From assembly GCA_028289285.1 (NCBI GenBank), contig JANQRF010000007.1:127696-191695 (forward strand): a stretch of DNA of 64,000 nucleotides, in the 5' to 3' direction. A program made the position numbers and the translations under genes. How positions within the stretch are numbered: the first letter of the stretch is position 1; each line of letters opens with the position of its first letter. This document shows, piece after piece, positions 55,650 through 64,000 of this stretch. Origin of the DNA: Alphaproteobacteria bacterium. GTDB taxonomy: Bacteria; Pseudomonadota; Alphaproteobacteria; Micavibrionales; Micavibrionaceae. Below the pieces are notes generated by a model. That model was given only the letters and a program-made list of their open reading frames with translations. It was not told where the DNA came from and did not search any database.

Positions 55650-56062
55650 AGCTCCTCCGTAATCCAGCATAAATGGATATCTTCGCCTTCTTTTTCCAGG
55701 CAAAGCTGGTGAATATTTTGAACCAGCACCTGAACTTTTTCACTGCTGAGCGGTTTAACCAGATAAAGCGAAATGCCAAGCTTTTCCGATTCTTCTTTAT
55801 CCTGCGGCGATTCAGAGCCGCTCAAAATCACTACGGAAATATCCTGTAAGTTCGGGTCGTTACGCATTTCACGCAAGACTTCAAACCCATGCATTCTGGG
55901 CAGGTTTAGATCGAGCAGCACAAGGTCCGGCAATTCCTCTTCAGCGCGCAGATAATTGAGCGCTTCATCGCCGTCACGTACGGTTGTCAGATCCAGATGG
56001 ATATTTTCCTTGTCCAAAAAACTTTTGGTCAAAACAATATCCGGCAGAGAATCCTCTACCAT
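55646..56062 (-). CDS. single-domain response regulator (REC)
   Basis: VLMVEDSLPDIVL... and LVLLDLNLPRMHG are present. The start is chosen at ATG 56062, 7 nt after the upstream stop. The ORF track extends to 56197, inside the kinase gene. Confidence 0.85.
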   Translation of the reverse strand: MVEDSLPDIVLTKSFLDKENIHLDLTTVRDGDEALNYLRAEEELPDLVLLDLNLPRMHGFEVLREMRNDPNLQDISVVILSGSESPQDKEESEKLGISLYLVKPLSSEKVQVLVQNIHQLCLEKEGEDIHLCWITEEL

Positions 56063-56069
56063 CAAAACA

Positions 56070-59000
56070 TTAGCCAGCCTTGCGGCGTTGTCCTTGTCCA
56101 CGATTATTCTGCTCCTTGATTTTTGTTTTGCGTTTAGGCAGTGCGAAAAATAAGGTTGAACCTCTCCCCATTCTCGATTCCACCCAGATCCGTCCATTAT
56201 GTTTGGTCACAATTTTATGACAGATGCTCAGGCCGATACCCGTGCCGGGATATTCCTCCTTGCGGTTCAGGCGCTGGAAAACATTAAAGATTTTATGCTT
56301 GTGTTCCGCTTTCATCCCGATGCCGTTATCCTTGACGGCAAACACCCATTCGGAATCGCTTTCATCACATTTAATCTGGATTTTTGGTTTGCGGTTTTTG
56401 CAGAACTTCAGGGCATTGCCGATTAAATTCTGAAAGACCTGCATGATTTGCATGGCTTCAGCCTGAATGACCGGCATGTCACCGTAAATAATCTCCGCAT
56501 CGGTTTCCTCAATTGAAAGTTTGAGATTTTCAACAACCCTGTCCAGTGCCTCATTGACATCAACATCTCCCATCACCATATTCTTATTCTCAAGCTGAGA
56601 ATAGGTCAGGATGTTTTTAATCATATCCTGCATGCGTCTGGCGCTGTCCTGAATATAACCAAGATATTCGCGCCCCTTATCGTCAAGAACACCGTTATAG
56701 CTTTCATCGAACAGGGATACAAAATTCTCGATCAGCCGCGCCGGCTCTTTAAGGTCGTGCGAGCAGACATAGGCAAAACGCTCCAGCGATTCATTGCTCT
56801 TGCTTAAATGCTCCAGCGCATTACGGCGGTCCGTGACATCGTAAACCGAGCCGGTCATACGGATTGGATTTTTATCCCGATCCCAGATCGCCTGGCCTCG
56901 CGCATGCATCCAGATATAATTGCCATCTTCCTTGCGCATGCGGAATTCAACATTAAAATCAAACCCGCGCGTCAGATGTGCCTGCAGGATATCCATGACA
57001 TCCGCACGGTCATCTTCATGCATGCGGCCTTCAAACACTTCAAAAGACGGTTTGAAATTTTTGCGCTTAATACCAAGCATGCGTATAAAGAGCGGTGACC
57101 AGTGCATTTCGCCGCTCTCAATATTCCAGTCCCAGATTCCGGCGTTGGAGCCCTGCACGGCCAGATCATAGCGCTCCTGGCTTTCCTGCAATTGCCGAAG
57201 GGCAGATTGTTCTGCGGTGTTATCGATATAGGTTAAAACTGCCCCTTTGACGTTGCTGTCCGGATCGCGGTAAGGCAGGATGCGCTCGTAATAATAGCTC
57301 TCTTCCGTTTCATGCTGGCGGGAAACAGCTTTGCCCTTTTTAATCACATCCGTGACATTTTTGCGTAAATCGGGAATGTCGAAATTGACCGGCACATTCA
57401 TTAGCGCCTCACCTTCGGAGTCATCGGAGAGCGAAAAGATATCCTGCGCTCTGGAATTAAACCGCGTCACCCGTAAGTCCTGATCAACTACCAGCAGCGG
57501 CATATCAATGCTTTCCTTGATATTGTCGAGGTCTTCATTGGTGGATGTCAGTTCAGCGGATTTGATTTGCAATTCTTCATTGACAGTCAGGAGTTCTTCA
57601 TTCGTTGATTGCAATTCCTCATTCGAGGTTTCCAGCTCTTCATTGGAAGATTGTAATTCTTCATTCGTTGACTGCATTTCTTCGTTGGTCGACTGGAGTT
57701 CTTCGTTTGAGGTTTCCAGTTCTTCCACTACAGTTTGCAAATGTTCCTTGGTAGCGGAAAGCTCCTGCTCTAACTCGGCCACAATCGGATCGGTATCACC
57801 TTTTTTGGTAACGGCTTCACTTTCTTTGAGTTTTTTGACCTTCTCAAAAGAGACCAGTAATAGGCGCTCAGCCGAATTTTTCAGTTTCAGAACGTGAATG
57901 GTGATATTCACCTTGTGCAACTGGCCGTTGATACTCATCTTTTTGGGTAAAACGGTCTGGGCGATATCCTCGCGCAGGGCTTTATAGACCAGCGCCCGCA
58001 ATTCCTGGCGGAAATCCTTGCGTACCAGATTGGCCAGATTGGTGCTGGCCTCACCGGGGGAAAGCTGGGTATAAGCTTGCACATCTCCGTAGATGCGTAC
58101 AACATTCATATCTTCATCAACCAGCAGACTATCCGGTGCAAGCGAGCCGATAATGGAGTCCGGCAGATCGTAAGAGGGTTTTTGTGTTTGCGGCGTACCG
58201 GGTATCTCATTCTTGCCGACCGTTGCATAAGAAACGCGAGCGCTGCGCGTATGTTCACTTGTCGTCACTAGTTTGCGTTTAAATAGTTTTGATTTGCTGT
58301 CTGTCGATTGAAAAAGATGCGCATTCTGCCCCAGCGCTTCTGATTTACCAAGAAACAAAACACCGCTTGGGTTAAGCGCATAATGAAATAAATTGAGCAC
58401 CGTATTTTGCAACTTGTTGTTGAAATAAATCAGCACATTGCGGCAGGAAATCAGATCAATCCGCAAGAATGGTGGATCGTCAAAAACATTATGCTTGGAA
58501 AATACCACCATATCGCGAATGGATTTAATAATTTCATAGGCGCCTTCTTTATGGCGGAAATAGCGCTCCTTCAGCTTCGGATCCATGCCCTCCAATGTGG
58601 TTTCGGGATACAGCCCTTTACGCGCAAAAGCCAGCGCCTCCACATCAATATCGGTTGCAAAAAGCTGAAAATTATACCCTTGTTGCAACTGGCTCAGACC
58701 GCCTACCGCTTCGGCAAACAAAATGATAATTGAATAAACTTCTTCCCCGGTGGCACAGCCCGGCACCCAGACGCGGATATTGTCATCATTATTTTTGTCC
58801 TTGAGCATGGTTGTGATTGCTTTTTGCAGACCCTCAAAGGCTTCCTTGTCGCGGAAGAAATTGGTCACCGTGATCATGATGTCCTTGAACAGCATGTCCA
58901 GCTCCGGTGGATGTTTCTCAACATATTCGACATATTCATCGAGATCGAGCACGTTACAGGCCGTCATGCGCCGATTGATACGGCGGAATAAGGTACCGGT

Positions 59001-59837
59001 CTTATAATCTTTGAAGTCAATGCCGGAGCGTTCCTTAAGCATATGCATGAGTTCCTGCAAGGTGGTGCGCTCAACCTCTTCCCCCTGCAAAAGTTTCATG
59101 CTGCGCGGTGAGCGGATGATGTTAGAAATCTCCGGGCCGATTTTTTCCGGAGGCATAATGATATCCACGCAGCCCGTCTCAATGGCACTGCCGGGCATAC
59201 CATCATATTTCGCGGTCTCGGGTTCCTGCGCAATGGTTAAACCACCTGCCGCCCGGATTGCCCGCATACCATGGGAACCATCTGAGCCGGTGCCGGAGAG
59301 AATAACGCCAATCGCATGATCGTGAATTTCCTCGGCCAATGTGGTAAAGAAGAGATCAACCGAGGGTTTAGGGCTGAACTCCGAAACCGGTTTGCGCAAA
59401 TGCATACGCCCCTCGCGCACGAAAATATCATTATTGGGCGGCGTGATATAAATCACGCCTGCTTCCGGCTTCATGCCGTTTTCAACTTCTGCCACCCGCA
59501 TGGTTGTCTCGCGCCCCAGAAGCTGCACCATCATACTCTGGTGTTTCGGAGAAAGGTGCTGCGCAATGATATAGACAGTATTACTATTGCGTTTGGGCAG
59601 TTTTTTGACCATCTCGCGTAAGGCTTCCAGGCCGCCCGCCGAAGCCCCAATCCCGACCCAGTAGAGCCGACTATCAGATTTTTCTGAAGCCCGCATAGTC
59701 TTCTGTTTTGATTTTTCAGTTTGTTTCTTTTTGGGAGATGTCGCTTTTTTTACAGACTTTTTTGTGGTTTTTTTCGCAGTTGCCTTCTTGCGCGTTTTTT
59801 TCCCAGGTGCTTTTGCCGCATTCTTTTTTTGCGTCAT
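56070..59837 (-). CDS. CheB-methylesterase / CheR-methyltransferase fusion with coiled coil, PAS domains and histidine kinase
   Basis: A CheB-like domain (YWVGIGASAGGLEAL, GTGSDGSHG) and a CheR-like SAM domain (VWVPGCATGEEVYS) are present. A heptad-repeat coil (EELQSTNEE...), PAS, the H-box FAYVCSHDLKEPARLI and a HATPase follow. Length is 1255 aa. Confidence 0.9.
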   Translation of the reverse strand: MTQKKNAAKAPGKKTRKKATAKKTTKKSVKKATSPKKKQTEKSKQKTMRASEKSDSRLYWVGIGASAGGLEALREMVKKLPKRNSNTVYIIAQHLSPKHQSMMVQLLGRETTMRVAEVENGMKPEAGVIYITPPNNDIFVREGRMHLRKPVSEFSPKPSVDLFFTTLAEEIHDHAIGVILSGTGSDGSHGMRAIRAAGGLTIAQEPETAKYDGMPGSAIETGCVDIIMPPEKIGPEISNIIRSPRSMKLLQGEEVERTTLQELMHMLKERSGIDFKDYKTGTLFRRINRRMTACNVLDLDEYVEYVEKHPPELDMLFKDIMITVTNFFRDKEAFEGLQKAITTMLKDKNNDDNIRVWVPGCATGEEVYSIIILFAEAVGGLSQLQQGYNFQLFATDIDVEALAFARKGLYPETTLEGMDPKLKERYFRHKEGAYEIIKSIRDMVVFSKHNVFDDPPFLRIDLISCRNVLIYFNNKLQNTVLNLFHYALNPSGVLFLGKSEALGQNAHLFQSTDSKSKLFKRKLVTTSEHTRSARVSYATVGKNEIPGTPQTQKPSYDLPDSIIGSLAPDSLLVDEDMNVVRIYGDVQAYTQLSPGEASTNLANLVRKDFRQELRALVYKALREDIAQTVLPKKMSINGQLHKVNITIHVLKLKNSAERLLLVSFEKVKKLKESEAVTKKGDTDPIVAELEQELSATKEHLQTVVEELETSNEELQSTNEEMQSTNEELQSSNEELETSNEELQSTNEELLTVNEELQIKSAELTSTNEDLDNIKESIDMPLLVVDQDLRVTRFNSRAQDIFSLSDDSEGEALMNVPVNFDIPDLRKNVTDVIKKGKAVSRQHETEESYYYERILPYRDPDSNVKGAVLTYIDNTAEQSALRQLQESQERYDLAVQGSNAGIWDWNIESGEMHWSPLFIRMLGIKRKNFKPSFEVFEGRMHEDDRADVMDILQAHLTRGFDFNVEFRMRKEDGNYIWMHARGQAIWDRDKNPIRMTGSVYDVTDRRNALEHLSKSNESLERFAYVCSHDLKEPARLIENFVSLFDESYNGVLDDKGREYLGYIQDSARRMQDMIKNILTYSQLENKNMVMGDVDVNEALDRVVENLKLSIEETDAEIIYGDMPVIQAEAMQIMQVFQNLIGNALKFCKNRKPKIQIKCDESDSEWVFAVKDNGIGMKAEHKHKIFNVFQRLNRKEEYPGTGIGLSICHKIVTKHNGRIWVESRMGRGSTLFFALPKRKTKIKEQNNRGQGQRRKAG
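57567..57734. repeat. eight imperfect tandem 21-nt units (coding; coiled-coil heptads of the CheB/CheR kinase)
   Basis: The units follow TTGCAATTCTTCATT.... Translated on the minus strand they give (S/T)xNEEL(Q/E) x8. Confidence 0.85.
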
Positions 59838-59931
59838 TTTTCAAATCCCCGATCTTCAATATCTTGCTCAACCTAGTGTATATCTTTACAAATAACAACT
59901 ATAAGATGTATTTTTAATTTTGGTTATACAT

Positions 59932-61068
59932 ATGAGCGAAAAGGAAAAATACCTGGAAGCCATTCTAGAACACACTGTCGACGGTCTGATCACCATCGAC
60001 GAAAATGGTACTGTGGAAACATTCAATAAGGCTTGTGAGAGCATGTTCGGCTACAAGGCAGATGAAGTGATTGGCCGAGATGTTAAGATGCTCATGCCTG
60101 AGCCATACCATAGTGAACACGACACATATTTAGACAATTACAAACGCACCGGTGAAAAAAAGATTATCGGTATAGGCCGTGAGGTTGAAGCCCAGAGGAA
60201 AAACGGCAGCATTTTCCCCATCGATCTGGCTGTTAGTCAAATCAAGATCGCAGAGCGCGTTGTCTATAGCGGCATTATCCGCGACATCACCGCGCGCAAA
60301 GAGGCCGAAGAAGAGTTAAAAAGCACAATTCAAGAACTCACCGAAGCCAATAAAGAACTCGAAAACTTTGCCTATATCGCCTCTCATGACCTTAAATCAC
60401 CAATGCGCGGGATTGATAATCTGGCGCAGTGGATTACCGAAGATCTCACCGATGTGATCAATGATGATACACGTCAAAAGCTTAAACTCTTGCGCAGCCG
60501 TGTTAACCGGCTGGAGATGCTTTTAGACGATATCCTTGAATATTCCCGTGCCGGGCGAATTGTCGATCAACCCGAGGAGGTGGATATTGGCGAACTGATA
60601 TATGAAATTTCTGATACGCTACATTTACCTGATGGATTCAGCATCACCATTCCTGATGACCTGCCGGTGGTCTTTTCCGTGCATACGCCGCTGCGCCAGA
60701 TATTTCTCAACCTGATTACCAATGCTTATAAACATCATGACAAAGAGAAAGGTTGCATTGAGATTTTATATGAAGATCGCGGCCTGTATGGTGAATTTAC
60801 AGTCAAGGATGACGGTCCCGGTATTCCCGAAAAATTCCATGAGCGTGTTTTTGAAATGTTTCAGACCCTGAAATCCCGTGACAAGACTGAAGGCACTGGC
60901 CTTGGTCTGGCGATTATAAAAAAACTGGTCGGCTGGCAGGAAGGCAAGGTCTGGATTGTGTCTAAAGATGGGAAGCGCGGCACGGAAATGCGCTTCCTTT
61001 GGCCCAAAACCTATAGAAAAGCGAGGATGAATTATGACCGGAAAACAAGTCAACGTGCTGTTGGTTGA
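59932..61068 (+). CDS. PAS-domain sensor histidine kinase
   Basis: PAS (LITIDENGTVETFNKACESMFGY), the H-box FAYIASHDLKSPMRGI and a HATPase (GTGLGLAIIKKLV) are present. The start is at ATG 59932; the ORF track uses TTG 59920. Confidence 0.9.
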   Translation: MSEKEKYLEAILEHTVDGLITIDENGTVETFNKACESMFGYKADEVIGRDVKMLMPEPYHSEHDTYLDNYKRTGEKKIIGIGREVEAQRKNGSIFPIDLAVSQIKIAERVVYSGIIRDITARKEAEEELKSTIQELTEANKELENFAYIASHDLKSPMRGIDNLAQWITEDLTDVINDDTRQKLKLLRSRVNRLEMLLDDILEYSRAGRIVDQPEEVDIGELIYEISDTLHLPDGFSITIPDDLPVVFSVHTPLRQIFLNLITNAYKHHDKEKGCIEILYEDRGLYGEFTVKDDGPGIPEKFHERVFEMFQTLKSRDKTEGTGLGLAIIKKLVGWQEGKVWIVSKDGKRGTEMRFLWPKTYRKARMNYDRKTSQRAVG

Positions 61069-61450
61069 AGACGACGAGGTTGATGTAATGCTGATACAGC
61101 GCGCCTTTAAAGATGCCAAAGTTGGTAATCCGTTTATTGTGGCTGGTGACGGTATGGAGGCACTGGAAAAACTGCGCGATAGTGATACCGTACCACGCCC
61201 GTATTTGATTTTGCTCGATATCAATATGCCACGCATGAACGGTCATGAATTTCTGGAAGAAATCCGCCAGGATGAAGACTTGAAAGATTCAATTGTTTTT
61301 GTACTCACCACCTCCAAGGCCGATGAGGATAAATTCAAAGCCTATCAAAAAAATATCGCCGGATATCTGGTGAAAGACAATGTCGGCGAAGGCTTCCTCG
61401 ATGCGGTCAAACTGTTGGATTCCTATTGGCGAATTGTTGAATTTCCTTAG
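61034..61450 (+). CDS. single-domain response regulator (REC)
   Basis: VLLVEDDEVDVML..., ILLDINMPRMNG and VFVLTTSKADED...YLVKD are present. SD GAGGA lies 5 nt upstream. It overlaps the kinase end by 35 nt. Confidence 0.9.
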   Translation: MTGKQVNVLLVEDDEVDVMLIQRAFKDAKVGNPFIVAGDGMEALEKLRDSDTVPRPYLILLDINMPRMNGHEFLEEIRQDEDLKDSIVFVLTTSKADEDKFKAYQKNIAGYLVKDNVGEGFLDAVKLLDSYWRIVEFP

Positions 61451-61493
61451 GAAAAGTGAAACAATGGCTGACGGATCAAGCTGCTCGAAAACG

Positions 61494-61631
61494 TTCCCTA
61501 ATAATTCCCTGTTCAATTTTTCAGCTAAATTTGTAAAAGCCACAATATATATAGGCTCTTGCAGGAATTTTCTCAGGAAAAACAAAGCATATTGCTAAAT
61601 TTACCCTGTAAAATGGCCAATAACAGGGATT
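61494..61631. repeat. second cluster of TTCCCT(G)/CAGGGA motifs, just downstream of the second recombinase gene
   Basis: TTCCCTA (61494-500) and AATTCCCTGTT (61504-14) are present. CCCTGTAAAA (61604-13) faces ACAGGGATT (61623-31). The word CCCTGTAAAAT is shared with the reverse complement of 40122-40139. Confidence 0.55.
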
Positions 61632-61648
61632 ATAATGCCGGAGAATAG

Positions 61649-63190
61649 TTAGGGTGTGACTGTGCAAACCACCATTTTAGATTTTCCAGCCTCAAAATCT
61701 TTCAAGACCTTGAATGGAAGCGACATAGCGGCGGTTCCAAATCCATTTTCCTTGCAGTACGGGATTTTTTTAGCAAAGGCGAGCTTTAAAACCAGACGTT
61801 TATCTTCAAAGTCGCCGTTTTCCCATATGGACAGCGGATTTTCTATGAAATCGAAAACGGTTCCAACTGCACCTTCAAGGCTGGTGTCAACGCCAAACAT
61901 CTCACGCGCCTGCGCTGATAGTGCATCACGCTCTAATCTGAGCTTTTTGACATGATCTTCGTACATGCGGATCATATCTTTATCCTGTGTTTCTAAAAGG
62001 CGAGCCATAAATCCGTTTATCTCAGTCTCCAGAGCTTTTACCGCCTTATCTAACTCGACCATGTTTTGTGCATGTTCTGATTTTTTGCGCTTCCACGTGT
62101 CAGATATAATTTCTCTCGTCAGATCAAGAATTGTATCTGATGGCGTCATACTCTTTAAAATATCCAAAAATTGATTTTGAACCCTATCGCGCTTTAAACT
62201 TTTGCCATACATGCGACACTCTTTGTTTTTGCAACTGTAGTAAGGGTGTTTTTTCTTATTCCGACCTGTCGACCAGCTTGCCGTCATGGGCTGTCCACAT
62301 GAGCTGCATACAACAAATCCGCGCAAAGGAAAGTCTTCATTTAAATCGTTTCTGTATGGTACTTTTGCCCTGAGGCCAAGGCGTTCTTGCACGCGTAAAA
62401 ATATCTCTGAAGAAATCAAAGCCGGATGTTTTCCCGGCCGCAGAGAGACATCCCAAGGCTTGTATTCAATCTGACCCGTGTAAAGGACGTTGGTCAGAAT
62501 GTTTTTGACCGAGGATGGATGAACTTTTTTTCCAAAAGCGCCTGTGCTTGCCAAAAAATGGGCGACGTCAGCTTGGGTTTCAAAGCGCCCAGAAGCAAAC
62601 CCTTCAAATGCTTCTGTGATGTATGTTGCTCTTGGTTCATCTCTTTCAAGAATTTTGCCCGCTCCTGAAATATTTTTGACATACCTATATCCAGATGGTC
62701 TGCCGAAGAGCCAATACCCATTTTTTAAACGCGCGGTTTGGCGGTTTATAACCTGCTCTCTGTTTGCGACGCGCTGGTATGACGCCATAGAAACCATAAT
62801 TTCTGTAATCAGCATTTCATCTGATTTTGATCCAAATTTATGACTTGGCGATGCGAGCCGCGCGCCTCTGGCAGTAAGTTGAGCTGAAAACTCAATAAAA
62901 GCTGACTGGCTGCGTGCTACACGGCTGACGCCGTCCACAATGACGGTCACACTATCTTTTTGCGTATCTAAAAAAGCAAACAGCTCTTTTGTTGCAGGCC
63001 TCATATCAGGGCCAAGTCCGCCTGAGATACCCTCATCTTTAAAAACACGCATGACTTTAAAGCCGCGCCGTTCAGCATACTCCCGGCATCGCGTTTCCTG
63101 TGACCTTAAGCCATCCCCCTCACGCACTTGACGCTCACTGGAAACACGGCAGTAGATGATGGCTTTATTTTGTTTCTGTATTTCTTTCAT
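61649..63190 (-). CDS. large serine recombinase
   Basis: AIIYCRVSSERQ (catalytic Ser) and VIVDGVSRVARS are present, followed by a recombinase domain and a Cys-rich zinc-ribbon segment (CSSCGQPM...YYSCKNKEC). Length is 513 aa. Confidence 0.9.
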   Translation of the reverse strand: MKEIQKQNKAIIYCRVSSERQVREGDGLRSQETRCREYAERRGFKVMRVFKDEGISGGLGPDMRPATKELFAFLDTQKDSVTVIVDGVSRVARSQSAFIEFSAQLTARGARLASPSHKFGSKSDEMLITEIMVSMASYQRVANREQVINRQTARLKNGYWLFGRPSGYRYVKNISGAGKILERDEPRATYITEAFEGFASGRFETQADVAHFLASTGAFGKKVHPSSVKNILTNVLYTGQIEYKPWDVSLRPGKHPALISSEIFLRVQERLGLRAKVPYRNDLNEDFPLRGFVVCSSCGQPMTASWSTGRNKKKHPYYSCKNKECRMYGKSLKRDRVQNQFLDILKSMTPSDTILDLTREIISDTWKRKKSEHAQNMVELDKAVKALETEINGFMARLLETQDKDMIRMYEDHVKKLRLERDALSAQAREMFGVDTSLEGAVGTVFDFIENPLSIWENGDFEDKRLVLKLAFAKKIPYCKENGFGTAAMSLPFKVLKDFEAGKSKMVVCTVTP

Positions 63191-63326
63191 GCGGGTTCAA
63201 AATATATTTTTTGTTTAAAAGACTCTCTGCAATGCACTGTAATGCCCCGATTAGTTCGCCTGCTTCTTGTTCTGTTAATCCAAATTGATCCGTATATTGT
63301 TTGTACTTTTCCATCTCGCTCGACAT
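63165..63326 (-). CDS. possible 53-aa small protein upstream of the recombinase (speculative)
   Basis: Hand translation gives MSSEMEKYKQYTDQFGLTEQEAGELIGALQCIAESLLNKKYILNPHERNTETK*. It overlaps the recombinase start by 26 nt. There is no supporting SD or homology. Confidence 0.25.
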   Translation of the reverse strand: MSSEMEKYKQYTDQFGLTEQEAGELIGALQCIAESLLNKKYILNPHERNTETK

Positions 63327-63411
63327 GCGACACCTGTGTGGTATGCAGTGAGCGTGGGGATTCCACTACTTACAGCGGTTTGCAAAAGCTCCAGTTTGTC
63401 TGGTAGCGAGA

Positions 63412-64000
63412 TCATTTTTTAACTCTTTTTCTTTTTGTTTTTTGAGCGGCGCGTATTTTTCCTGACTCAAATTTTAATTTGATTTCGCCGTAATCTATAT
63501 CATTCATGAGGTCAGATATTTTTTCTACGTTTTGAAGTTTGCTGGTTTTTTCAATGTCCTGAATGTCTCCGGATTTTAAAGATACTCTCAATTCGTCAAT
63601 ATCTTGTTCTCTTGATGACAGCACAAGTTGACGTTCTTGGTCGGCGAGACTGAGCCACATTTCACGAGGTGGCATAAGGTTGCTTGTGCCTAAAATTTCA
63701 CCGCACAGTGCGTTTAAATTGATACGGACATATGGAACTTCATATCCCACCATATAGTCTGTAGCACGCAGGCTGTGTAATGTGGCCACATCGGCGATAC
63801 CATTGCTGAAAACGACTACGAATACGGGCGTAGACGGTTTTCTGAAGCACAAAGCAAGTGCTGCTTCAAACTCAGGCGAAATGTGAGGCTGAAGAGAATT
63901 ATATGTATTGCGCAAGGCATCGAGAGACATTCCAAATTCCCTCAAGTCACGTAACAGTCTCAACCAGACAATATCTTTTACAGAGAGCTTGCGCCATCCA
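63412..64000 (-). CDS. hypothetical protein, 5' end possibly beyond the window
   Basis: The ORF track starts at TTG 63963. The frame stays open to base 63999 (…GWRKLSVKDIVW-LRLLRDL), so the true start may be outside the window. The C-terminus is basic. Confidence 0.45.
   Translation of the reverse strand, partial: GWRKLSVKDIVWLRLLRDLREFGMSLDALRNTYNSLQPHISPEFEAALALCFRKPSTPVFVVVFSNGIADVATLHSLRATDYMVGYEVPYVRINLNALCGEILGTSNLMPPREMWLSLADQERQLVLSSREQDIDELRVSLKSGDIQDIEKTSKLQNVEKISDLMNDIDYGEIKLKFESGKIRAAQKTKRKRVKK

Larger units (their letters stand above)
61494..64000. mobile_element. start of a second recombinase-led low-GC element (partial, runs off window)
   Basis: A serine recombinase is followed by unknown ORFs. 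GC is lower than in the adjacent two-component cluster. Confidence 0.4.

Noticed and set aside
57567-57734. Regular 21-nt periodic repeat, considered as a possible CRISPR- or iteron-like array
   Set aside because: There are no spacers, and the units are contiguous, imperfect and in frame. They encode the heptad coiled coil (xNEELQS)n typical of CheB/CheR-kinase fusions.

Overview
This is an alphaproteobacterium-type chromosomal segment, judged from GcrA, SpoT, a two-domain cold-shock protein and a DnaA-box/GANTC signal upstream of gcrA. All calls come from reading the sequence and the supplied translations; no searches were run. Bases 1-39.7 kb are mostly housekeeping genes: cysS, folE, leuA, rpoZ, spoT, acpS-lepB-rnc-era, gcrA, an RND efflux pair, fadD-like, pheST, rpmI-rplT, gpt and polA. 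Several small accessory insertions interrupt them. There are also elements below the 60-aa ORF cut-off: a Leu-rich leader peptide before leuA, a 30-aa Cys-rich ORF and a 59-aa Trm112-like gene. tRNA-Tyr lies at 39765-39849. It is followed by an AT-rich island of about 11 kb (about 40.0-51.15 kb). The island carries a large serine recombinase with a DUF2924 partner, a solitary 1162-aa KAP-family P-loop NTPase, a packaging module without head or tail genes (ParB-methyltransferase, DUF5681, terminase-large-like), and a small divergent module. That module is a 220-aa unknown, a zinc-ribbon/TM/FxLYD-like protein and a PD-(D/E)xK-like protein, and its spacer holds a GC-rich, strongly foldable RNA candidate ending in an intrinsic terminator. 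Bases 51.2-61.5 kb (core-like GC) hold a light-sensing two-component cluster. It is a translationally coupled 7-gene operon (CheB/CheR-PAS-kinase, RR, heme oxygenase, bacteriophytochrome, three single-domain RRs) plus a divergent PAS-kinase/RR pair. Bases 61.5-64 kb begin a second low-GC element led by another serine recombinase. The best candidates for something undescribed are the structured RNA with its flanking three-gene module, and the giant KAP NTPase. No rRNA or CRISPR array was seen.
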